DNA of 55,752 nt from an uncultured virus (IMG/VR IMGVR_UViG_3300028028_000007). Lineage: Duplodnaviria > Heunggongvirae > Uroviricota > Caudoviricetes. This document shows, one piece after another, positions 18,680-26,281 of this stretch (the stretch's first letter is position 1; each line of letters starts with the position of its first letter). Under the pieces are notes generated by a model. That model was not told the origin of the DNA, ran no database searches, and was given only the letters and a program-made list of their open reading frames with translations. The position numbers were made by a program, and so were the translations under genes. The stretch spans positions 62,001 through 117,752 of the IMG/VR virus record IMGVR_UViG_3300028028_000007, one strand, 5' to 3'.

Positions 18680-18721
18680 GCCCCCGGTCGCCCTGGGAAC
18701 CTTCCAGGGCTGATCGGGGGC
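18680..18721 (+). terminator. Strong stem-loop after the candidate capsid gene
   Basis: gcccccggtcgccctgg / ccagggctgatcgggggc pair over 17 bp (one bulge, one G-U), followed by a weak U-tract (ggttctgtgtct). Confidence 0.6.
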
Positions 18722-18756
18722 GGTTCTGTGTCTACTGACCAGGTTCTGGAGGTGTG

Positions 18757-19461
18757 ATGCGCGACCGAGCGAACATCTGGACCGACGGGCAGGTGCTCAG
18801 ATCGATGACTCAGCGCACCTACCGGCGCGGTGGGCCAGTCGTGCCCGTCCCCGCTGTTCCACCGTCCATCGGTCTCAAGATCATCGACATCCCATCGTTG
18901 TCGGAAAAGTCCGACTACATGCGCTACAAGCTCACCTTGTCGGTTCATGCTGGTGATGGAGCGGTGATCCCGGCTGGCACCGTGGTGAGCATGGATGTCG
19001 CCATCATGTCTATGGTGGAGTCCACCGCTGTCACGCGCCACGCGACCATCCGGGTGGAAGACTCCGAGGTGTTCTACCTGTACGGCACCTCGCTGCAGGT
19101 GCTCTGCACCAACACCTCGGGCTTCGACCTGACCGTGGGGTACCAGATCGATGAGGAGAGCGGCGGGCTGGCACGGTGGGACACCGTGCAGGTCTTGCGG
19201 ATCGATCCAGCGGTGAACACGACGCTCAACGTCCCGGAGTTCTGCAACAGCTTCGACATCTACACCGACGACGCCCTGCATCCGATAGTGATCCGGGGTC
19301 AGATTCTCATCGCTGGCGTGATGACCACGGTGTGGACCGAGCTGCTCCCGGCCCCGAGGTCAGGGGAGATCAACCTCATCGAGAACGCGGGCTACACCGT
19401 GACCACCCTCCCGGCTACGCCAATCTTCCGTGCAGCCTGCGTGTTCCACTGTTTCGGGTAG
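18757..19461 (+). CDS. Beta-rich putative structural protein (second capsid / vertex protein candidate)
   Basis: GGAGG RBS; 234 aa almost entirely beta-strand-like and apparently two small sandwiches; directly follows the capsid candidate. Confidence 0.55.
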   Translation: MRDRANIWTDGQVLRSMTQRTYRRGGPVVPVPAVPPSIGLKIIDIPSLSEKSDYMRYKLTLSVHAGDGAVIPAGTVVSMDVAIMSMVESTAVTRHATIRVEDSEVFYLYGTSLQVLCTNTSGFDLTVGYQIDEESGGLARWDTVQVLRIDPAVNTTLNVPEFCNSFDIYTDDALHPIVIRGQILIAGVMTTVWTELLPAPRSGEINLIENAGYTVTTLPATPIFRAACVFHCFG

Positions 19462-19470
19462 GAGCCCCGC

Positions 19471-20421
19471 ATGTTCGTGTCCATCGGGAAACTCAGCGAC
19501 CGGAAAGAGAAGCGCGCCTTGTGCAAGGGGAAGGATCTGCGCGACATCCAGGATGCCGGGACCATGTTCGTGATCCTCACGGTCCACGGAGGGGAGCGGG
19601 AGCTGCTGTCCATCATGGATGCCATGGTGGACCGCAACGCGAGGGCCATTACAGAAGGCCAGATCCCGGGGGTGAGCGAGGCCAGCCAGCTGACGCGCTT
19701 TCAGGAGAGCCCCCAGTGGCGAGACGGTCCATCTGCCATCGTGGATGGAGTGGCTTCGGCAGGGACCATCGCGGCCTGGCAAGCTGCTGACCGGAAAGTG
19801 CGCGGGGATGATGGGGCTCACGTAGCTCTGGTTGGGGGAATCCCGCGGGCCGTGTCGGTGACGGGTGGGACCAACGAGCGCCCCAGCCTCATTGTCCTGG
19901 ACGACGTGACGGGGATGCTGGCTGGAGCACATGCGGCCAGCGTGGTGGGCGCGGCCAAGCAGGACAAGATGGTTGAGTACATGGTCTTGCGCCTGGATGA
20001 CGGGGAGGGCTTGCCGATCCGGGAGTTCGGGGATGCCATCGCGCGGCACAACGCCAGGCGTATGGTGGAGAAGCAGTACCCCAAGCTCTATGAGAGCGGG
20101 GTCAGGTACCAGACCGAGGGGGCGCCAGAGAAGTGGTGGGACGTGGACGAGGCCCTGGCGCAGAAGCACGACGACTGCGAAGGCCTGGCTGCCTACCGGG
20201 CAGCGGAGCTGATCCTGGAGGGCCTGGACGCGCATGTCCACACCCGAATCGTCCCCAAGCCCGACACCAGGATGGGCGGTGGTCGAGGTGGGCGGCTGTT
20301 CCACGCTGTGACCCGGGTGGACACAGGACATCATGGCCCCGTCTATGATGACCCGAGTGCTCGGCTGGGGATGCCTGTCCCCAGCGGGTACAAGACCTAC
20401 CTCAAGACTCACCGTGACTGA
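19471..20421 (+). CDS. Transglutaminase-like (papain-fold) Cys protease domain protein
   Basis: C-terminal EKWWDV..AL, DDCEGLAAYRAAEL (Cys), LFHAVTRV (His), YDDPSARLGM (Asp), in the order typical of transglutaminase-like catalytic triads. Confidence 0.75.
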   Translation: MFVSIGKLSDRKEKRALCKGKDLRDIQDAGTMFVILTVHGGERELLSIMDAMVDRNARAITEGQIPGVSEASQLTRFQESPQWRDGPSAIVDGVASAGTIAAWQAADRKVRGDDGAHVALVGGIPRAVSVTGGTNERPSLIVLDDVTGMLAGAHAASVVGAAKQDKMVEYMVLRLDDGEGLPIREFGDAIARHNARRMVEKQYPKLYESGVRYQTEGAPEKWWDVDEALAQKHDDCEGLAAYRAAELILEGLDAHVHTRIVPKPDTRMGGGRGGRLFHAVTRVDTGHHGPVYDDPSARLGMPVPSGYKTYLKTHRD

Positions 20422-20430
20422 GAGGCTCCC

Positions 20431-20859
20431 ATGATGGACTTCCTGCTCCCTGGCCTTCGGCGCGGTGTCCGTCGCCCCATGCCCAAGCTCTACCGCGGGA
20501 TGCCTCGGCTCACCCGGCGCACGACTCAGGTGGCGCTCTCGGTCACGGCTGGGGTGCCCACCATGGTGGTCGGGAAGGTGCGGAGCCATACCACCCCCGA
20601 GGGCTACCGGGCGCTCAGGTACAAGCAGACCGATGATGACCTTCGAGCCTTGGTGGAGGACACCAGCGGGTTCGACGCCTGGTTGGGTGGGGCACTGGTG
20701 GGCGACAGCTCCAGCTACAGAGCGCGCTACGACCTCCGTGGGACTGGGATCGCCAAGACCTTCCCCGAGCTGGTGCAGATGACCGCGAAGGACCATGGTG
20801 TCCGAGCCGAGGTGGAGCAGGTGCGGGGGGTCTACACCGTCATTTTCCTCCCGGGGTAG
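20431..20859 (+). CDS. Hypothetical protein sharing a module with the 13411 protein
   Basis: Arg-rich N-terminus; QMTAKDHGVRAEV..YTVIFLP resembles QMTADAFGVKAAV..TVTFI of ORF 13411. Confidence 0.75.
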   Translation: MMDFLLPGLRRGVRRPMPKLYRGMPRLTRRTTQVALSVTAGVPTMVVGKVRSHTTPEGYRALRYKQTDDDLRALVEDTSGFDAWLGGALVGDSSSYRARYDLRGTGIAKTFPELVQMTAKDHGVRAEVEQVRGVYTVIFLPG

Positions 20860-20862
20860 ACC

Positions 20863-21300
20863 ATGAGCTTCGTCGCAGCCTTCTGTGGAGGTGCCAGTCG
20901 GGCCAAGCGCCGCCGTGACCCATGTGCGTCCATGGCGGACTACATGGCCGACAAGCATGGTGATGACCCGCGCTACGACATCAACGCGATTTGGGCGGTC
21001 TACTCCCAGGCTGAGCCGTGGATGGCCGATCAGTGTGCTGTAGACCTGGAGCGGATCGAGCGGGAGGACTTGCGCAAGCAGGCAGCCGGTGAGCTGTACT
21101 CAGACGACACTGACAGCGCGATGGACTGGCTGGCCAGAGCCAACGGGGCCATCCTCGGTCGCCAGCCCAAGCAGGCGTTCGAGTACCTGTATCAAGCAGA
21201 AATAGCGCACCATTCTCAACCAGATCCAGATCCCGGGGTAGCTCATGCTTTGACTGCCGCCTGGGGCCGGTTCGGCAAGATCCTTCCGAGTCGGGTATAA
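20863..21300 (+). CDS. Hypothetical helical protein
   Basis: 145-aa ORF tightly packed in the plus-strand operon. Confidence 0.7.
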   Translation: MSFVAAFCGGASRAKRRRDPCASMADYMADKHGDDPRYDINAIWAVYSQAEPWMADQCAVDLERIEREDLRKQAAGELYSDDTDSAMDWLARANGAILGRQPKQAFEYLYQAEIAHHSQPDPDPGVAHALTAAWGRFGKILPSRV

Positions 21301-21318
21301 GGCAGGTGGAGGTTCATC

Positions 21319-22668
21319 ATGTCCGAGTACATCCTTCCCGCCTTGACTCCTTCTGGTGCGACCTGGGGGGACCGGCTGGGTCCGGGAAACCTCCACGCCC
21401 CTCGTTTCCCTTGGCGTGAACGCAGCCGCATTGGCGTCGGTGATCTGGAGCCCGAGGCAGTCCTGGACCCCTTCCTGCGGGTCATGCGCAGCATCGAGAT
21501 CAAGCACGCCAGTGACTCCGAGGCCGGCGAGTTTGCCACCCTGGTGGACGACTGGGCGACCAGGGTGGAAGGCGAGGAAGATCCCCAGGTGGTGTACGCC
21601 AGCCTGATGGACGATCTCATCCTCGGGGGCAACCCCTTCAACGGGGATGCGCTCAGGATTCTGGTGAAGCTGGCCAGGAACCAGCGGCAGGGGAACCTGA
21701 ACGAACCGGCCTGGCAGATCAAAGTCTACGACAGCCCACCGCTGGACCCGGCACGCCCCGAGACGTACCAGACCACCACTGGGGTTGACCTGGCGCGGCA
21801 CCTCGCGCTCCGCATGTGCCTCCCTGACAACCCCGACCGGCAGGCCGGGCGCTGGGCACCCCTGGATACCGCAGCGGCTGAGCTGATCAAGGGTGTGAAG
21901 ACGGCAAGCTGGGGGGCAACGGGAAGAGCAGCATGGGGCGCCGTGATCGAACGGGCTGCTGTGCTCACCCGCGCGAAGGGGTTGACCGTGACAACCCGCT
22001 ACATCCAGAGCCTTGTCCCTCGCGTGTTCCGTCCCCATCCCATCGACCGGGAAGACTGGGCTCTGGTGAAGCAGACGTGGGACAGCGGGTGGAAGGGGCT
22101 GTGGAAGAAGGCTCAGGATCTGGTCCCGCGGATCATGCGCGACCCCAAGCGGTTCCAGCGGGAAGCCGAGGACTTCAACACCGACCTGGTGAGAGGTGCT
22201 GCACTGATGGACCGGATGGACGCCGCGCTGGTGTGGCTCCCCCCGAAGAGCCCGCAGCACAAGACGCTGGCCGCCTACAAGGCGCAGTACAGCGCCATGG
22301 CAGCGGGCTTCTACGACGGCGCGACCAAGCAGGATGCGGATCAGCACGGTGTGCAGGTCGGCGAGCTGATCACCATGATCGCGGTGGCCGTGGTGGCGCT
22401 CTCCGTGGCGGCTATCGCCTGGGCTATCGTGTGCGGCCCCTACCTCAAGAGCTTCATGGTCAGTGCCGAGTCGGCAGCCACCTTGACTGACGAGCACATC
22501 AAGGCGTACCAGGAAGGGCGCACGCCCAGCCTGCCCGACATCCCCAAGCCCCCTGCTGGTCCGCTGGACTGGCTGCCATGGGCGGTGGGCGGTGGCATTG
22601 GCTTGACGGTCATCATCGGTGGGCTCTACGTGGCGAGCCTCTGGCACGACAGCAAGAAGAAGGACTAG
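21319..22668 (+). CDS. Membrane protein with two C-terminal TM segments
   Basis: GGAGG RBS; LITMIAVAVVALSVAAIAWAIV and WLPWAVGGGIGLTVIIGGLYVASLW followed by KKK. Confidence 0.8.
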   Translation: MSEYILPALTPSGATWGDRLGPGNLHAPRFPWRERSRIGVGDLEPEAVLDPFLRVMRSIEIKHASDSEAGEFATLVDDWATRVEGEEDPQVVYASLMDDLILGGNPFNGDALRILVKLARNQRQGNLNEPAWQIKVYDSPPLDPARPETYQTTTGVDLARHLALRMCLPDNPDRQAGRWAPLDTAAAELIKGVKTASWGATGRAAWGAVIERAAVLTRAKGLTVTTRYIQSLVPRVFRPHPIDREDWALVKQTWDSGWKGLWKKAQDLVPRIMRDPKRFQREAEDFNTDLVRGAALMDRMDAALVWLPPKSPQHKTLAAYKAQYSAMAAGFYDGATKQDADQHGVQVGELITMIAVAVVALSVAAIAWAIVCGPYLKSFMVSAESAATLTDEHIKAYQEGRTPSLPDIPKPPAGPLDWLPWAVGGGIGLTVIIGGLYVASLWHDSKKKD

Positions 22669-22677
22669 GAGATCCCC

Positions 22678-23706
22678 ATGCGCAAGCGTCCTGACGGGTA
22701 CATCGCGGTCGGTCGGTTCAACGACGCAGACGTGGCCATCTTCACTTCCGCCACCTCGGATAGAAGCCGAAGCGGAGAGCTGCGGGCTCCGAAGGCCAAG
22801 AGGACTGCCCGCCGGCTCACCCGGGCGTTGGATGACGAGTGGAGCACGGTGGAAGACGACATGCGCCAGCTCGTCCAGCATGGCGAGGATTCGGCTGAGT
22901 CGGGGATCAGGGGGTCTGCCAGCCGGGTGAAGGAAGGAATCAAGCGTGTCATGGTGGAAGAAGGCCTGGTGGACGGTGACGACCCCGACGCCCTGACCGA
23001 GCTGGACGACATGATGGAAGAGGCCACCGAGGGCATCACCGAGGCGGATCTCGGCGCTGCGGTTGGGGCTTTGACCGAGATCGGCATCACGGCGACCTCC
23101 GTGGAGGGGTTCTTCTCTGCTGTCAAGGCGTTCATGGCAGGGAAGGGCAAGAGAGCTGAGGGGCGGGCGACCAAGGCCGAGCCTGCTCAGGGCAAGCCCA
23201 AGGGGCTGGCAGCTCTTCGCGGGAACATCCAGCAGCGCAAGGATCGGCGTCAAGCCCGCGAGACGCGCTGGGCTGACCAGGAGAAGCGCGGACTCATCCC
23301 CATCGGGAAGAAGCTGCGGGACAGGTTCCAGCCCTACGTCACCAAGGATCTGGGGCATGGAATCCAGGTCAAGGTCAAGCGTGGCCTTCGGCTGGCGGTT
23401 GCCAACACGGGGACGGCTGACAAGCCGGTGTTCGTCCTGACCCCTGGCCCCGTCGTCGGCTACCTGGAGGATGGTGAGCCCTACTTCGGGAGGGGTGAGG
23501 GAGCGGTGGGGGCGCTGGTGCCTGTGGCGCTGGCAGCCTTCAAGGCCGGACGGCAGGTGCGCCAGCAGGTGCAGGAAGACCGGCAGCTCAGCCTCAAACC
23601 CGGCCAGACGATCATCATCGAGGGCATCCCGGTGACGTTCACTGGGGAGTACGACGAGGCCGGGGCGCTCCTGATGGACAGCGACGGCCGGCGAGTCTAC
23701 GTGTAG
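22678..23706 (+). CDS. Hypothetical protein (putative virion protein)
   Basis: AGGAG RBS; alternating acidic and basic blocks separated by AVG/VVG; contains GFFSAVKAF. Confidence 0.8.
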   Translation: MRKRPDGYIAVGRFNDADVAIFTSATSDRSRSGELRAPKAKRTARRLTRALDDEWSTVEDDMRQLVQHGEDSAESGIRGSASRVKEGIKRVMVEEGLVDGDDPDALTELDDMMEEATEGITEADLGAAVGALTEIGITATSVEGFFSAVKAFMAGKGKRAEGRATKAEPAQGKPKGLAALRGNIQQRKDRRQARETRWADQEKRGLIPIGKKLRDRFQPYVTKDLGHGIQVKVKRGLRLAVANTGTADKPVFVLTPGPVVGYLEDGEPYFGRGEGAVGALVPVALAAFKAGRQVRQQVQEDRQLSLKPGQTIIIEGIPVTFTGEYDEAGALLMDSDGRRVYV

Positions 23707-23719
23707 GCACACTTGCCTC

Positions 23720-23748
23720 TTGCCAGAGCTGCTTGGGGGCAGTAGACT
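23720..23748 (+). promoter_or_regulatory. Putative promoter TTGCCA-N17-TAGACT
   Basis: Intergenic, upstream of the wHTH gene. Confidence 0.55.
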
Positions 23749-23788
23749 CATAAGGCGCGCGGACGTGCATGGTGGCTGAGGAGAGCCC

Positions 23789-24100
23789 ATGCCAGAGCCG
23801 AAGAAGAACAAGCTGAGAAACGGTCCTGTAACCGGGGCTCGCATCGTGCTGGCCTTGATGTCAGGCGCAGTGCGTCACCCTTCGGCAGGGGGCATAGCCA
23901 ACGTGCTGGGCTGCAGTCAGAGCTACGCCCGCAGGGTGTGCTTGATGCTGGTCAGTGAAGGCCTGCTGATCGCTCGTGAGCAGAAGCAAAGAGGGACGCA
24001 CCCGGTAGTCATGTTCCGGGTGGTAGAGCCCGAAGCAATCCTTTCTCCCCGACGGCGTGTAGTAGCGCAAGATGTTGCCGACACGACCAGCAGGGATTAG
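23789..24100 (+). CDS. Winged helix-turn-helix DNA-binding protein
   Basis: SAGGIANVLGCSQSYARRVCLMLVSEGLL followed by a beta-hairpin wing; GAGGAG RBS. Confidence 0.75.
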   Translation: MPEPKKNKLRNGPVTGARIVLALMSGAVRHPSAGGIANVLGCSQSYARRVCLMLVSEGLLIAREQKQRGTHPVVMFRVVEPEAILSPRRRVVAQDVADTTSRD

Positions 24101-24129
24101 ACCCATAACGGTAGCACTCGGAGGTTTCC

Positions 24130-24717
24130 ATGGCCCAGATTCCGCACCTCAGCCGCGATCAGTACCAGCAAGCACGGCAGGCCCAGCAGGCTCCCCCGGC
24201 CGAAGCCCCCCGGCGGGCGCAGCCGTCTCCCGCGGCCGACGCGGCTGGCAGCGCGCAGGGTCCGACCATCGACGTGGGAGATCACCCCGCCAGCCGTGTG
24301 GCCATGCCCACCCCGCGGGCACCACGCCCCGACGCTCAGCCCCCCGTGACCCGCCAGGCCGCCCAAGGCCGCGCCCCCCAGCGTGCTCCTCAGCCGGCAG
24401 CCGGTGGGGATGAGCTGGCCCCCCTGGATGAGGCTTTCGCGGACTTCCTGGAGATGGTCTACCACCCCGACGACGGGATCTTCCCCGAGTGCGCCATCGG
24501 CATGTCCTTCACCATGCAGGATGGGGAGCCGACGATGGAGGTGACGGTGCTGGCCTCGTTGGAGGAAGGTGACCTCACCGAGGACGACATCCTCTTCCGG
24601 GAGTACGTCGCCGTCGACGTGCTCGGACGGGGCTCCCTGCGCGCGGTGCAGATCGCCGCCAAGAGGTGGAAGCGCCGGCTCAAGGAGATGGAAGATGCCG
24701 AGGACGACTTCGAGTAG
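24130..24717 (+). CDS. Hypothetical protein
   Basis: GGAGG RBS; Q/P/A-rich N-terminus and acidic globular C-terminus. Confidence 0.8.
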   Translation: MAQIPHLSRDQYQQARQAQQAPPAEAPRRAQPSPAADAAGSAQGPTIDVGDHPASRVAMPTPRAPRPDAQPPVTRQAAQGRAPQRAPQPAAGGDELAPLDEAFADFLEMVYHPDDGIFPECAIGMSFTMQDGEPTMEVTVLASLEEGDLTEDDILFREYVAVDVLGRGSLRAVQIAAKRWKRRLKEMEDAEDDFE

Positions 24718-24725
24718 GAGCACCA

Positions 24726-25259
24726 ATGTCCCGCCGGGTGAAGAGCAAGGGCAAGCTCCAACGCGCGAAGGAAATCCTGAGTGCTGTAGATGCCGGCGTG
24801 GACACGTACAAGACAGTCAGGGGTGCCGTAGGTGGTGAAGTCGCAGGTGCTGCTGATGCAGCGACCATGGGGAAAGTCCTGGTGGCCTCGGTCGCCGCAG
24901 CAGCCTGGGAGAAGTTTGCGGCGCTGCAGGACGTGATCAACCCGGCATGGGACGACCTGGCAGCGAAGGCGAAGCAGGCTGCAACGGCTACAGTTGAGGA
25001 AGATGTGGAAGATGCAGGGGATGGGGATGATGAAGAGGATGATGAAGGGGATGACGGGGCCGACTCTGATGGCCTTGTGGAACCAGATCCGGAACCCGAA
25101 GAAAGGGCCCAAATGCGTGACTCACCGCAGCCGCTTCAGCCCCGCGTGATCACCATGCGCTCGTTCCGGTGTGACTGGTGCGGCGCTATGACCATCATGG
25201 ACGGCTACCCAAGCTCTCCACTGTGCGATTGTGGCGGTATCCTGCGTGAAATCCGGTAG
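24726..25259 (+). CDS. Hypothetical protein with acidic linker and C-terminal zinc ribbon
   Basis: ATG 24726 after AGGAG; CDWC ... CDCG. Confidence 0.75.
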   Translation: MSRRVKSKGKLQRAKEILSAVDAGVDTYKTVRGAVGGEVAGAADAATMGKVLVASVAAAAWEKFAALQDVINPAWDDLAAKAKQAATATVEEDVEDAGDGDDEEDDEGDDGADSDGLVEPDPEPEERAQMRDSPQPLQPRVITMRSFRCDWCGAMTIMDGYPSSPLCDCGGILREIR

Positions 25260-25382
25260 CTCATAGCCACGGGCTATAGACGCAAAGAGTCATACGATCT
25301 TGCATGTCAGCTCATAGCTCCCTTGTCACGCTTTTCTCGCGCCGCTACGATTCGGGCAACACCTCACCGGAAGGAGCCCGTC

Positions 25383-26255
25383 ATGTCCGCCACCGTCATC
25401 GTCTCCCCGCTCAAGGCCAAGGGATGGGTCGTCTACCACCAGGGCCAGCGCCAGCACGGCGTGGTCGTGGATGCCATGGACAAGTGCGAGCCCGTGATCC
25501 GCACGCTCCTGAAGGAGAAGCTGCATCCCGGGTCCACGGTCCTGGTCCGCATCAACAGCGGTGACGGCAAGCTCGCCTCGATCACCGAGTACCACGCCTC
25601 CCGCACTGGCGAGGTGACCATCTCGGCCAAGTACAGCAAGAAGAAGGGCGCCACGCAGCCCAAGGCCGAGCAGCCTGCCAAGGCCAAGGCCAAGTCCACC
25701 AAGGCCAAGGCCAAGCAGCCCAAGGCCAAGGGTGGGAAGAAGAAGCAGTCGGCTGGGCTCAAGAAGTACCAGGCCTTCATGGCAGAGAAGAAGGCCGCGG
25801 GCAAGACCCACACGCAGGCTCTCGCGCTGTGGAAGAAGGAGACCCCCAGCGAGACGCCGGCCAAGCAGCCCAAGGCCAAGTCCACCAAGGGCAAGGGCAA
25901 GGGCAAGGGCAAGTCCGCCTACAACGTCTTCGTCGCCGAGGTCATCAAGTCCGGCCGTGCCAAGAACATCTCCGAGGCCGCGAAGCTGTGGAAGAAGGAG
26001 AAGCCCGCTGGCCAGGCCAAGCCCAAGGCGGCGAAGGCCAAGTCCACCAAGGCCAAGCAGCCCAAGGCGGCGAAGGCCAAGAAGTCCACCAAGGGCGAGG
26101 CGGGCAACACCCAGCCCAAGACCAAGGAGACCAAGGCCGCCTACGTGGAGCGCGTCTCCGGCGCCAAGGTGAAGCAGGGCTACCCGGCGGACCAGGCCAA
26201 GCGGATCGCCCAGGCCGAGTGGGAAAACGCTCACACCAAGAAGGACCAGGCGTAG
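25383..26255 (+). CDS. Histone H1-like Lys/Ala-rich DNA-binding protein
   Basis: AGGAG RBS; repeated AKAKSTK/AKQPK units and Y..F.AE...A..LWKK mini-domains; extreme codon bias. Confidence 0.8.
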   Translation: MSATVIVSPLKAKGWVVYHQGQRQHGVVVDAMDKCEPVIRTLLKEKLHPGSTVLVRINSGDGKLASITEYHASRTGEVTISAKYSKKKGATQPKAEQPAKAKAKSTKAKAKQPKAKGGKKKQSAGLKKYQAFMAEKKAAGKTHTQALALWKKETPSETPAKQPKAKSTKGKGKGKGKSAYNVFVAEVIKSGRAKNISEAAKLWKKEKPAGQAKPKAAKAKSTKAKQPKAAKAKKSTKGEAGNTQPKTKETKAAYVERVSGAKVKQGYPADQAKRIAQAEWENAHTKKDQA

Positions 26256-26281
26256 CCCCGGACGCCTGACCGGAGGACGCC

